64,000 bases of DNA from an uncultured Actinomycetes bacterium (GCA_963751015.1 CAVVSU010000003.1:13681-77680), one strand, 5' to 3'. Shown: positions 9,409 through 19,195, counted from the stretch's first letter. Translations and numbers: made by a program. The notes: generated by a model from the letters alone, not told the origin.

Positions 9409-10624
9409 TCAGAGGAAGCTCTTGCCCTCGCCGCGGTAGGTCGGGACCTCGTCGACGATGCGCGTCGCCTTCGACCAGGTGCAGGGTGTCGAAGCGCTCG
9501 CAGAGCTCGCCGGCCTTGGCATGGCGGAGGTAGACGCGGTCGCCGACGCTGAGCTCCCCGCCGGGCGTCGCCGAGCAGCGGCGTCTGCACCTCGCCGGCG
9601 CCCTCCTCGGCGTCGAAGCTCGAGCCCCGCGGGCAGCCAGGGCGCGGGCAGGCGGCCGCGGTCTCCCGGCGCCGGAGGCGAGGTAGCCGCCGCCGAGCGC
9701 GGTCGCCACCCACGCCGACGGCTTGCGCGACGATCGGCAGCGCGAAGGCCGCCGCCGGGGTGAGGCTGAAGCGGCTGTAGTGGTCGAAGAGGGCGGGGGC
9801 GTAGAAGCCGGAGCCGGCGGTCACCTCGGTCACCGCCTCCTCGGCCGCGGTCAGTTCGAGGCTGCCGGTGCCGCCGCCGTTGACGATCTCCAACTCGACG
9901 AACTCGCCCAGCGCGGCGACGATCGCCCCCCGCCGCTCGGCCAGCTCCGCCGCCGAGCGCTTCTGCATGAAGCGGATCGCGGCGCCGCGCAGGCGCTGCC
10001 CCGGCGGCAGGTCGCCGACCCCGGCGATCTGCCCCTCGTAGGCCATCAGCGCGTCGAGTTCGATCTGCGGCCGCTTCTCGATCTCCCGCGCCAGCGCCAC
10101 CGCCTGCTCGACCGTGTGGATCGGCGAGCGCTTCGGGCCGACCTTGACTCTGCCGCCGAGCGCACCACCAGCTCGGCGTCGACGTCGATGCAGACCCGCA
10201 GCGGCGGTGCCCCCTTGCCGAGCACCGACTCGATCATCTCCAGGTGCTCGACGCAGTCGACCATCACGATCGGCGCCCCCTGCGGGCCCGCCGCCGAGCG
10301 CAGCGCCAGCTCCTCCAGCGCCCCGACGTCGGCGGTCGGGTAGGCGAGCAGCAGATCCTCGAACCCCTGCTCGGCGAGCCAAAGGGTCTCCGGCAGCGTG
10401 TAGGTCATCAGCCCCCGGAAGCGCTCGTCCCGCCCGAGGATCGCTTCCATCAGAGCCCGGCAGCGGACCGACTTCGACGCCACCCGCACATTCTTGCCCT
10501 GCGAGCGCTCCAGCATCCCCTCCGCGTTCGACCACATCGCATCGAGGTCAACAAAGGCAAACGGCGCCTCGACATCCGCAAAGACCCGCTCGTAGCGCTC
10601 GTGGGTCTGGGGCGGGACGGACAC
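9409..10624 (-). pseudogene. PLP-dependent amino-acid deaminase/aldolase (alanine racemase N-terminal domain family) disrupted by about five frameshifts
   Basis: MSVPPQTHERYERVFADVEAPFAFVDLDAMWSNAEGML...RVCIDVDAE / GGRVKVGPKRSPIHTVEQAVALAREI...FALPIV / VATALGGGYLASGAG / ...FDAEEGAGEVQTPLLGDA / PGGELSVGDRVYLRHAKAGELCERFDTLHLVEGDA / IVDEVPTYRGEGKSFL*. Junctions are near 10165, 9720, 9660, 9575 and 9463. Confidence 0.6.
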
Positions 10625-10745
10625 GGCGCCAGCCTATCCCGGAGACCCAGCGGCGAGCGACGGAAGCCGAGAATTGCCGATCGCCTGCTGTCGGTTCGCA
10701 GCCATCGCGGTTTCTAGACCGTGATAGAAACGCTGAGCAAACGGT

Positions 10746-11444
10746 ATGGGTCCGCAGGTGGAGAGAGCAGCGATTCCGGGTGACAAGCCCCCGCCGTCAT
10801 GGTCGCTGGAAGCGGGGGCCTCGTGGCTCCACGGTCTGCTGAAACGGAGTTGCTTGTCGTGGCTGATCATCGATCGCTGCGAAACAAACGTCCGAAAAAG
10901 CGATTCCCTCGTTCCCTCGTATGCATGGGACCTGAGCCGAGGCATCTACGTACTCGTCTGGACCGGGGCCCTGATTGCAGCCTGGCTGTGGAATCCAGGC
11001 CCGTTTCAGTTTCGGATGTTCGTCGGCTTTATTGCCGCTTATCGTGCCTACGAGATCACCGTCTCCGGGCTGGGCACCGTCCTCGGTGATTCGACCCAGA
11101 CCAAGGCCCGAAACCTGATCACCATCGGTTTCTATGGCATCCAGCTGACGCTGATCTTCGCCATCGTCTACCACAGCTTTGCCGGTGGCTGTTTCCAGCC
11201 GGCGTCGGGCTCCTCCGTCGACGGTCACCTGGCCTCATCCGACTACCTCTACATCAGCTGGGCCAACTTCACGTCACTGGGTCAGGACGCCTATGAAGCG
11301 AAGAGTGCCGTCGCCGAGTTTCTGGAAGCCTCGACCGCTTCGATGGGCATTCTGCTGCTGGCTGTGCTGCTCGCCTTCGGTATCAACGAAGTCAGAGACC
11401 CCGAAAAACACAAGAGCCAGGAGGCGGCCCGGAGATCCGCCTGA
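10746..11444 (+). CDS. Hypothetical 4-TM membrane protein with a degenerate ion-channel-like pore loop, in a lower-GC islet
   Basis: Hydrophobic segments GIYVLVWTGALIAAWLW, FRMFVGFIAAYRAYEITV, LITIGFYGIQLTLIFAIVY and STASMGILLLAVLLAFGI. YISWANFTSLGQDAY resembles a P-loop but lacks the GYG filter. The true start is uncertain. Confidence 0.5.
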   Translation: MGPQVERAAIPGDKPPPSWSLEAGASWLHGLLKRSCLSWLIIDRCETNVRKSDSLVPSYAWDLSRGIYVLVWTGALIAAWLWNPGPFQFRMFVGFIAAYRAYEITVSGLGTVLGDSTQTKARNLITIGFYGIQLTLIFAIVYHSFAGGCFQPASGSSVDGHLASSDYLYISWANFTSLGQDAYEAKSAVAEFLEASTASMGILLLAVLLAFGINEVRDPEKHKSQEAARRSA

Positions 11445-11452
11445 GGTGAGAA

Positions 11453-11541
11453 CGGAGAGGGAGGGATTCGAACCCTCGAGAGAGCTTGCGCCCCCTACTC
11501 GCTTAGCAGGCGAGTGCCTTCAGCCACTCGGCCACCTCTCC
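11453..11541 (-). tRNA. tRNA-Ser (anticodon GCT)
   Basis: The reverse complement GGAGAGGTGGCCGAGTGGCTGAAGGCACTCGCCTGCTAAGCGAGTAGGGGGCGCAAGCTCTCTCGAGGGTTCGAATCCCTCCCTCTCCG has anticodon loop CTGCTAA and a long variable arm. Confidence 0.9.
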
Positions 11542-11620
11542 ACGTGCGCGCGCTGTGCGCTGGTCCGATTGTAGGTACTGAAGGCAGGACGGGACGGCTC
11601 CCGTCTACCCTCCGCAGACC

Positions 11621-13069
11621 ATGGACGCGAGCCAGACATCCGGCGCACATCTCGGGCGCCGGACCAAGATCATCGCCACCGTCGGCCCGGCGAGCTGGGA
11701 CCCGGCGGTGCTGGAGCGGCTGGTCGCGGCCGGGGCCGACGTCTTCCGCCTCAACTTCTCCCATGCCGGGCCGGAGCGGCAGGCGGGGACGATCGCCGAC
11801 ATCCGTGCCGCCGCGGAGCGGGTTGGGCGCGAGGTGGCGATCCTCGGCGACCTGCCGGGGCCGAAGCTGCGGATCGGCTCGCTGCGCGGCGACGTCGCCG
11901 AGCTCGAGACCGGCATGCACGTGACCCTCACCCCGGACGAGGTCGAGGGCGACAGCGACACCATCCCGGTCCAGTGGGCCGGGGTCTCCGACCTGCGCGA
12001 GGACCAGCTCGTCTACCTCGCCGACGGCGCGATCCGGCTGCGGGTCGGCGACAAGGAGAACGAGGGTGTCGGCGCCGAGGTCGAGGTCGGCGGCACCCTC
12101 TCCTCCCACAAGGGGATGAACATCCCCGGCGGCGCCGACCTGCCGGCGACCACCGGCACGGACCTCGACTGGGTCGAGTTCGCGGTCAGGGAAGGCGTCG
12201 ACCTGCTCGCCGTCTCCTTCGTCTCCAGCGCCGCCGACCTGGAGCCGGTCGCCGCGCGGCTGAAAGAGCTTGGGTCGCGCATCCCGCTGGTCGCCAAGAT
12301 CGAGAAGCAGGAGGCGGCCGAGCACGCCGAGGAGATCGTCCGCGTCGCCAACGGCGGGATCATGGTCGCCCGCGGCGACCTCGGGATCGAAATCCCGCTG
12401 GAGCAGATGCCGGTCGAGCAGAAGCGGCTGATCCGCCTCGCCGGCCAGCGCTCGAAACCGGCGATCACGGCGACGCAGATGCTGGCCTCGATGGTGCACG
12501 CGCGGCGCCCGACCCGGGCCGAGGTGACCGACGTCGCCAACGCGATCTACGACGGCACCGACGCGGTGATGCTCTCCGAGGAGACCGCGGTCGGCCAGAA
12601 CCCGGTCGAGGCGGTGGAAACGATGGACCGGATCGCCCGCGCGACCGAGCCCGACCTTCCCTACGGCGAGTGGCTCTTCACCCGCACCGACCAGGCGACC
12701 CAGGACGTCGCCGACTCGGTCGCCCAGAGCGCCGTCGGCGCCGTTTACCGGCTCGGCCTCAAGGCGCTGGTGGTGCCGACCAACAGCGGCCGCACCGCCC
12801 GCCTCGTCTCCGCCCACCGGCCCGACGTGCCGGTCCTCGCGGTCTCCCCCTATATAGAGACGGTGCGCCGGGTCAGCCTGCTGTTCGGCGTCACCGCCGT
12901 GCAGAGCGACTTCGGGACCGAGCTGCGCAGCCTGCTCGGCCATTGCGCCGGGCTCGCCGCCAAGCACGGGATCGCCGCGCCGGGAGAGCTGGTCGCGATC
13001 ACCGCCGGGCTCGACGGCCAGGAACTCGGCACGAACCTGTTCGAGGTCCATAGGGTTCCGGAGCTATGA
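11621..13069 (+). CDS. pyk: Pyruvate kinase
   Basis: RRTKIIATVGPAS...FRLNFSHA...ILGDLPGPKLRIG...MVARGDLGIEIP...TQMLASM are classic pyruvate kinase motifs. Confidence 0.95.
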   Translation: MDASQTSGAHLGRRTKIIATVGPASWDPAVLERLVAAGADVFRLNFSHAGPERQAGTIADIRAAAERVGREVAILGDLPGPKLRIGSLRGDVAELETGMHVTLTPDEVEGDSDTIPVQWAGVSDLREDQLVYLADGAIRLRVGDKENEGVGAEVEVGGTLSSHKGMNIPGGADLPATTGTDLDWVEFAVREGVDLLAVSFVSSAADLEPVAARLKELGSRIPLVAKIEKQEAAEHAEEIVRVANGGIMVARGDLGIEIPLEQMPVEQKRLIRLAGQRSKPAITATQMLASMVHARRPTRAEVTDVANAIYDGTDAVMLSEETAVGQNPVEAVETMDRIARATEPDLPYGEWLFTRTDQATQDVADSVAQSAVGAVYRLGLKALVVPTNSGRTARLVSAHRPDVPVLAVSPYIETVRRVSLLFGVTAVQSDFGTELRSLLGHCAGLAAKHGIAAPGELVAITAGLDGQELGTNLFEVHRVPEL

Positions 13070-13851
13070 GCACGGACGCGGCAGCACGGCTGGAGCGCGA
13101 CGGCGGCCTGGCGACGATCACCCTCGACAGCCCGCCCCTCAACCTCTTCGACCAGCGGATGATGGACGACCTGCGGGCGGCGATCGACGACGTCGCGGCG
13201 ACGCCGCCGCGGGCGCTGCTGATCCGCGCCGAGGGCCGCGCTGTCTCCGGCGGCGTCGACGTCCAGGTCTTCGCCGGCCTGACCCCCGAGCAGGGGAGCG
13301 CGCTGTGGACCGAGCTGCTGGAGATGATCGACAAGGTCGAAGCGCTGCCGGCGCCGGTCGTCTTCGCCGCCCACGCCCTGACCCTGACCGCGGCCTTCGA
13401 GCTGGCGCTCGCCTGCGACCTGATCGTCGCCTCGCCGAAGGCGAAGTTCGGCCTGGTCGAGAAAGTCGTCGGCCTGACGCCGTCGATGGGCGGCACCCAG
13501 CGGCTGGCCGAGCGCGCCGGCAGCGGCCGCGCCCGCCACTTCGTCATCTCCGGCGGCATCTTCGGCGCCGAGGAGATGGAGCGCTGGGGCGTCGTCAACC
13601 TGCTCTTCGAGGACCACGACTTCGAGGCGGCCTCGCGCAAGCTCGCTCAGGAGCTGGCCGACGGCCCGACCAAGGCGCACGCGATGACCAAGCACATCCT
13701 CCGCCGCTTCCGCGAAGGCGGGATCCCGGCCGCTGACGAGGCGGTGCGGACCGAAGCCGGCGAGCTCTTCGCGACCGAGGACCTGCAGAACGCCGTCCAG
13801 ACCTTCCTCGAGCACGGCGGCCCGGGTCACGCCACCTTCGAGGGCCGCTGA
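13066..13851 (+). CDS. Enoyl-CoA hydratase/isomerase (crotonase) family protein
   Basis: ITLDSPPLNLFD...FSGGVDV-like oxyanion region and a crotonase fold pattern. Its ATGA start overlaps the pyk stop. Confidence 0.8.
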   Translation: MSTDAAARLERDGGLATITLDSPPLNLFDQRMMDDLRAAIDDVAATPPRALLIRAEGRAVSGGVDVQVFAGLTPEQGSALWTELLEMIDKVEALPAPVVFAAHALTLTAAFELALACDLIVASPKAKFGLVEKVVGLTPSMGGTQRLAERAGSGRARHFVISGGIFGAEEMERWGVVNLLFEDHDFEAASRKLAQELADGPTKAHAMTKHILRRFREGGIPAADEAVRTEAGELFATEDLQNAVQTFLEHGGPGHATFEGR

Positions 13852-14315
13852 TGCCGGGCATGCCGAACGTCGACTTCGACGCGATCGCCAAAGGGATGTC
13901 GATCGCGGTGCCCTTCGCCGGGTACCTCGGCCTCGAGATCACCGAGGTCGGGCCGGGCGAGGCAACCGTCGTCCTACCGCGCAAAGCCGAGCTCAACAAC
14001 CACGTCGGCTCCCAGCACGCGGGCGCGCTCTTCACCGCCGCCGAGACCGCCTCGGGCGCGGCATTCGTCGGCGCCTTCGCGGTCCGCATGGGCGACGTCA
14101 CGCCGCTCGCCCGCTCGGCCGAGATCGACTATCTGAAGATCGCCCACGGGCCGATCACGGCAAAGGGCACGCTCGGGATGGACGCCGCCAAGGCGCTGGC
14201 GATCCTCGACGAAGAGGGGAAGGTCGAGTTCCCCTGCGAGGTCGAGCTGACCGACAAGGACGGCCAGCTGGTCGCGACCGCGACCGTCCACTGGCACGTG
14301 CGGCTCAAAAGCTGA
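13851..14315 (+). CDS. Hotdog-fold (PaaI/YiiD-type) thioesterase domain protein
   Basis: 154 aa with the ...NHVGSQHAGALFTAAETASGAAF... pattern typical of PaaI/DUF4442 hotdog proteins. It is translationally coupled to the crotonase gene. Confidence 0.6.
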   Translation: MPGMPNVDFDAIAKGMSIAVPFAGYLGLEITEVGPGEATVVLPRKAELNNHVGSQHAGALFTAAETASGAAFVGAFAVRMGDVTPLARSAEIDYLKIAHGPITAKGTLGMDAAKALAILDEEGKVEFPCEVELTDKDGQLVATATVHWHVRLKS

Positions 14316-14327
14316 GCCGCGCGCTGC

Positions 14328-15905
14328 TCAAGCGGTAAGGCGTTCGGCCGGCAGCCGCCGCGTCGACCAGAAGGACGCGAGGACGAGCAGGGCGGCGACG
14401 AGGAAGGCGAGCTTCAGCGCTTCCAGCTGCGCGTCTTCGTAGTGGGAGACGAGCGCGTCGGTTTCCCGCGGGGGGATGTGTTCGTCCTCGGCCGCTTCGC
14501 GGACTTCGTCGGAGGCGACGAAGCTGCCGCCGGCGCTGAGCTGCACCTCGACCTGCTGTTCGACCCGGTCGGAGATCTGCGCGTCGTCGGCGACGTTGGC
14601 GGTGAAGGCGGTGGCCAGGCCGGTGATCACGATCGCTCCCAGCAGCGCCGTGCCGAGCGAGGAGCCCAGCTGCTGGGCCGTGTTCTGCAGGCCGCCGGCT
14701 TCGCTGCGCTGCTCGTCGCCGATCGCCGACTGGACGACGTTGCCGAGCTGGGAGACGACCAGGCCCATGCCGACGCCGAGCACGCCCATCGCGATCAGGA
14801 ACGGGGTGTTGTCGAGCTCCGGCTCGATCGTCCCCATCAGCAACAGCGAGGCGACGAAGACGAGGGCGAGGCCGACGCGGACGATCAGCCGCGGCGCGAA
14901 GCGCGAGGCCAGCGCCGAGCCGGCGAGGGCGCTGACGAAGAGCCCGACCGAGGTCGGCAGCATGCGGATCCCGGTTTCCAGCGCGTCCAGGCCCTGGACG
15001 ATCTGCAGGTAGAGGGGGATCGTGAAGAAGATCCCCATCAGGATCAGGTTCTGGGCGAGGAGCATCGCCACTCCGCCGCGCAGCGGCGGGATCTTCAGCA
15101 TGTCGAGGCGCACCAGCGGTTCCTCGCCGCGGGCCTCGCGCCGGCGCTCCCAGGAGACGAAGCCGGCGAGGAGCAGGCCGGCGGCGGCAAGCACGAACGG
15201 CGTCAGCGAGAAGCCGAAGGGGGTGATCGGCGAGTCGTGCGGGCGGAGCCAGCCCCAGTTGCTCGCCTGCAGGACGCCGAAGACGAGGACCGCGAGGCCG
15301 GCGGCGGAGAGGACGCTGCCGACCCAGTCGAGGGTCGGCTTGCCCGGCGCGCGCTCGGGCTCGGCCATCAGGCGGGTGCCGATCAGGATGCCGGCCGCGA
15401 CGACGACCTCGCCGACGAACACGTAGCGCCAGGAGAAGTCGGTGGTGACCCAGCCGCCGAGGATCGGGCCGACGGCGATCCCGGCGCCGGCGACGCCGCC
15501 GAGGACGCCGTAAGCGACCGCGCGGTCGCTGCCGCGGTATGAGCCCGCGACCAGAGCGACCATCGCCGGCAGCACCATCGCAGCGCCGATCCCCTCGAGG
15601 ATCGACCAGCCAAGCATCAGCGAGGGGACGTTCCAGGAGGCGGCGGTCAGGCCGGAGCCGACCGCGTAGATCACCAGCCCGATCGCGAAGATTCGGCGGC
15701 GGCCGAAGATGTCGCCGAGCTTGCCTCCGGTCAGCATCAAGCCGGCCATCACCAGCGCGTAGAGGGCGATCACCATCTGGATCGTGGTCACCGTCGTGTC
15801 GAAGTCTTCGACCAGCTGGCTGATCGCGACGTTCATCACCGCCTGGTCGAGGACCATCAGGAACTGCGCCGCCGCCAGGACCCCGAGTACCGCCCACTTG
15901 GTCAC
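14328..15905 (-). CDS. MFS transporter, DHA2 (EmrB/QacA, 14-TMS) family
   Basis: LDQAVMNVAISQL..., GKLGDIFGRRRIF, and about 14 hydrophobic segments. Confidence 0.85.
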   Translation of the reverse strand: MTKWAVLGVLAAAQFLMVLDQAVMNVAISQLVEDFDTTVTTIQMVIALYALVMAGLMLTGGKLGDIFGRRRIFAIGLVIYAVGSGLTAASWNVPSLMLGWSILEGIGAAMVLPAMVALVAGSYRGSDRAVAYGVLGGVAGAGIAVGPILGGWVTTDFSWRYVFVGEVVVAAGILIGTRLMAEPERAPGKPTLDWVGSVLSAAGLAVLVFGVLQASNWGWLRPHDSPITPFGFSLTPFVLAAAGLLLAGFVSWERRREARGEEPLVRLDMLKIPPLRGGVAMLLAQNLILMGIFFTIPLYLQIVQGLDALETGIRMLPTSVGLFVSALAGSALASRFAPRLIVRVGLALVFVASLLLMGTIEPELDNTPFLIAMGVLGVGMGLVVSQLGNVVQSAIGDEQRSEAGGLQNTAQQLGSSLGTALLGAIVITGLATAFTANVADDAQISDRVEQQVEVQLSAGGSFVASDEVREAAEDEHIPPRETDALVSHYEDAQLEALKLAFLVAALLVLASFWSTRRLPAERLTA

Positions 15906-15916
15906 GCCGCCAGCCT

Positions 15917-17545
15917 ATGCGCTGGGGGTGGGGGATAGGGTTTGGATCGATGGACTCGACCGCTACCGCCCCGGCGTCCGCCTCGAGCTCATCCGCCCCG
16001 CCGCAGGCGAAGCTCGTCCTCACGGCGCTGATCGCCGTGGCAGCGGTGGCCAACCTCAACCTCGCCGTCGCCAACGTCGCCTTGCCGGACATCGGCAAGG
16101 CCTTCGACGCGAGCCAGACGGGGCTCGACCTGGTCGCCGTCGGCTACTCTCTCGGACTCGCCGCCTCGGTCCTCTACCTCGGCGCGCTCGGCGACGCCCA
16201 CGGCCGCAAGCAGATGCTGCTGGCAGGGACGGCGCTGGCGATCCCGGCCTCGCTGGCCGCCGGCTTCGCCCCCTCGATCACGGTGCTCTTCTTCGCCCGC
16301 CTCGTCGGCGGCCTCGCCGCGGGGATGGCCTTCCCGACCACGCTGGCGCTGATCACCGCGCTCTGGAGTGGGCCGGAGCGGACCAGGTCGATCGCGCTCT
16401 GGTCGGCCCTCGGCGGAGGGATCTCGGCCCTCGGGCCGCTGGTCTCCGGCGCGCTGCTGGAGCAGTTCGACTGGGACTCGGTCTTCTTCGTCACCCTGCC
16501 GCTCGCCGTCGTCGCCCTCTACCTCGCCTGGCGCTTCGTCCCCGCCCACGTCAACGAGACCTCCGACCGGGTCGACAACCTCGGCGGCATCCTCTCGGTG
16601 CTGATGGTCGCCGCCCTGGTCCTGGCGATCAATTTCGCGCCGGTGCCGGGAGCGGGTGCGGCGGCCGCCGGTCTCGCGATCGTCGCCATCGCCGCAGTCG
16701 TCGCCTTCGTCGTGCGCCAGCGCCGCGCGCCCTCGCCGCTGTTCGACCTCGAGGTGGCCGGCCGGCGGACCTTCTGGGTTGCGGCCTGCGCCGGGATCAT
16801 CGTCTTCGGCTCGCTGATGGCGGCGATGTTCGTCGGCCAGCAGTACCTGCAGAACGTGCTGGAGTACTCGACCCTCGACGCCGGCCTGGCGATCATCCCG
16901 GCGGCGGTGGCGATGGTCCTCGTCGCCCCCCGCTCGGCGAAGCTCGTTGAGGCGCGCGGGGCGCGCTTCACCCTCCTGCTCGGCTACGCCTTCTGCCTCG
17001 CCGGCTTCCTCGTGATGCTGCTGCTCTGGGACGAGAACGCCCAGTACTGGCACGTCGGCCTCGGCTACGTGCTGATCGGCATCGGCGTCGGCTTCGCCGG
17101 CACCCCGGCATCGCACTCCCTGACCGCCTCGGTCCCGGTGCGCCGGGCGGGGATGGCCTCGGCGACGGCCGACCTGCAGCGCGATCTCGGCGGCGCGATC
17201 ATGCAGTCGATCCTCGGCGCGCTGCTCACCGCCGGCTACGCGGCGGCGGCGGCCACGGCGGTCGCCTCGGCGCCCCACTCGGTCTCCACCAGCGTCGAAA
17301 GCGAGCTGACGAAGTCGTTCTCCAGCGCCGCCGCGGTGGCCGAACAGCACCCCCGCTACGCCGAATCGATCATCGAAGGCGCCCGCGGGGCCTTCCTCCA
17401 GGGGGACAGCTGGGCCTACCTGGCGGGCATCGTCGCCATCGCCCTCGGCGCCCTCCTCGTCGCCACCCGCTTCCCCGACAAGGACGGGGAGCAAAAGCTG
17501 CTGGCCGCCTACGCCGAGGAAGATGGGACCGCCCAAACCGGGTAG
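15917..17545 (+). CDS. MFS transporter, DHA2 family (alternative start ATG at 15950)
   Basis: NLNLAVANVALPDIGKAF..., GALGDAHGRKQML, multiple TMS. It is divergent from the preceding MFS gene. Confidence 0.85.
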   Translation: MRWGWGIGFGSMDSTATAPASASSSSAPPQAKLVLTALIAVAAVANLNLAVANVALPDIGKAFDASQTGLDLVAVGYSLGLAASVLYLGALGDAHGRKQMLLAGTALAIPASLAAGFAPSITVLFFARLVGGLAAGMAFPTTLALITALWSGPERTRSIALWSALGGGISALGPLVSGALLEQFDWDSVFFVTLPLAVVALYLAWRFVPAHVNETSDRVDNLGGILSVLMVAALVLAINFAPVPGAGAAAAGLAIVAIAAVVAFVVRQRRAPSPLFDLEVAGRRTFWVAACAGIIVFGSLMAAMFVGQQYLQNVLEYSTLDAGLAIIPAAVAMVLVAPRSAKLVEARGARFTLLLGYAFCLAGFLVMLLLWDENAQYWHVGLGYVLIGIGVGFAGTPASHSLTASVPVRRAGMASATADLQRDLGGAIMQSILGALLTAGYAAAAATAVASAPHSVSTSVESELTKSFSSAAAVAEQHPRYAESIIEGARGAFLQGDSWAYLAGIVAIALGALLVATRFPDKDGEQKLLAAYAEEDGTAQTG

Positions 17546-17578
17546 CTGAAGCTCGTAACCCCAACGAAGGGAGCGAGC

Positions 17579-18007
17579 ATGGCGACGAGAAACGGCAACG
17601 CGGAGTGGCGGGGAGACCTCAAAGGCGGGGCGGGCACCGTCAAGGTGGGCGACGGCGTCTTCGAGGGCAACTACTCCTTCAGCTCCCGCTTCGAGGAGGG
17701 TGAGGGGACCAACCCCGAGGAGCTGATCGGCGCAGCCCACGCCGGCTGCTTCGCCATGGCGCTGAGCCTCGTCCTCACCGAAGCCGACCACCCGCCGGAG
17801 TCGATCAAGGCCGAGGCCCGGGTTCACCTCCGCATCGTCGAGGGCCTGCCGACCATCGCCAAGATCGACCTCGACGTCGAGGGCGCCGTCCCAGGAATCG
17901 ACGAGGACGCCTTCCGCTCCTACGCCGAGAAAGCCAAGGACGGCTGCGTCGTCTCCCGCGCCCTGGCCGGCGTGCCCGAGATCACCCTCGACGCCCATCT
18001 CGCCTAA
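17579..18007 (+). CDS. osmC: OsmC-family peroxiredoxin
   Basis: TNPEELIGAAHAGCFAMAL...AKDGCVVSRAL has the two conserved Cys of OsmC. Confidence 0.9.
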   Translation: MATRNGNAEWRGDLKGGAGTVKVGDGVFEGNYSFSSRFEEGEGTNPEELIGAAHAGCFAMALSLVLTEADHPPESIKAEARVHLRIVEGLPTIAKIDLDVEGAVPGIDEDAFRSYAEKAKDGCVVSRALAGVPEITLDAHLA

Positions 18008-18026
18008 AACCCAGCCGCATCCTTTA

Positions 18027-18191
<165 letters not shown>

Positions 18192-18296
18192 TCACCTGTT
18201 TCTCCGTTCCGTTGGTATCTACGCGGTTCCGGGGCGTTCCGGCCTGTCTTGGTCTCATCCTGGTCTCATTTCCCAGGCCCAATAGGGTCCCCGGCG

Positions 18297-18506
18297 ATGA
18301 CGGGAGATCCACAGGCCAAAGCGCGCAAATCCGTCCGGCGGGCACAGGCTGATTTCGAGAAGGCCCAGGACAAGCTCGAAGCGCTCCGCGAGGCTCGGCG
18401 CAAGTCGTTCGAGGAGGCGCAGGCGGCCGGACTCTCGACGCGCGACATAGCGAGCGAGACCGGCCTGCACTTCACCCGAGTAGCGCAGATCCTCCGTAAG
18501 GACTAG
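18297..18506 (+). CDS. Small helix-turn-helix protein (island A)
   Basis: MTGDPQAKARKSVRRAQADFEKAQDKLEALREARRKSFEEAQAAGLSTRDIASETGLHFTRVAQILRKD has a C-terminal HTH (LSTRDIASETGLHFTRVAQI). The longer track ORF 18138..18506 begins inside the att repeat flank. Confidence 0.55.
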   Translation: MTGDPQAKARKSVRRAQADFEKAQDKLEALREARRKSFEEAQAAGLSTRDIASETGLHFTRVAQILRKD

Positions 18507-18611
18507 GAGCGTGTAGAGGGGTCTCTACGACCCTGCTAGGCTTTGCCGATCGACAAAGCGCCCCCGCGCTGCGCAAACAGCCGGGGGCATGGCACAGGAG
18601 GGTGAACTCCC

Positions 18612-18908
18612 ATGCACGACAAGCCTAGAGGCGCGGGCGATGATGAACGCGCCACGACCCCCGCCGAGCAGGATCTTCGCGACCAGGCGGCGGTCCTGAA
18701 TCACGTTCTCGCGCTCTTCCCGGAGACGCTGACGGAGCTGGAGCTGCTGAAGGAAATGACCGGCAGAGAGGAGGCGACGTTCGAGGAACGCGACCGCCAC
18801 CGGCGAGCTGTCCGCGATCTCGCCAAGGGCGGCCTGCTCGGAACTGAGACTAGGCGCGTCATCCCGACCAGGGCGGCCCTGTTTTTCCACGAGCTGGCCG
18901 AACTCTGA
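18612..18908 (+). CDS. Hypothetical winged-helix-like protein (island A)
   Basis: An AGGAGGGTG Shine-Dalgarno lies 9 nt upstream. The C-terminal ...AVRDLAKGGLLGTETRRVIPTRAALFFHEL pattern is typical of wHTH proteins on actinobacterial mobile elements. Confidence 0.55.
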   Translation: MHDKPRGAGDDERATTPAEQDLRDQAAVLNHVLALFPETLTELELLKEMTGREEATFEERDRHRRAVRDLAKGGLLGTETRRVIPTRAALFFHELAEL

Positions 18909-19195
18909 TGGACGGCAGGAGCGTGGACCGCGAGGTCGCCGGGCAGCTCGGGAGGAACGTATGGCTGGCCCGCCGCCGCGCCGGCTTCTCCCAGGAAGCG
19001 CTCGGCGCGGTTGCCTCCCTTCACCGCACCGAGATCGGATTGATCGAGCATGGGCAAAGACTGCCTCGCGTAGACACGCTGATGAGGCTTGCCGGAGCCC
19101 TCGACGTGCGCGTGGAAAGCCTGCTGGAGGGCATCGCCTGGATTGCGCCGGGTCCGAACGCGAGGGGCAGCTTCGTCGTCAGGAGGTTCGGATGA
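18908..19195 (+). CDS. XRE-family HTH transcriptional regulator (island A)
   Basis: GRNVWLARRRAGFSQEALGAVASLHRTEIGLIEHGQRLPRVDTLMRLAGAL is a Cro/C1-type HTH. Its ATG overlaps the upstream stop (TGATG). Confidence 0.8.
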   Translation: MDGRSVDREVAGQLGRNVWLARRRAGFSQEALGAVASLHRTEIGLIEHGQRLPRVDTLMRLAGALDVRVESLLEGIAWIAPGPNARGSFVVRRFG

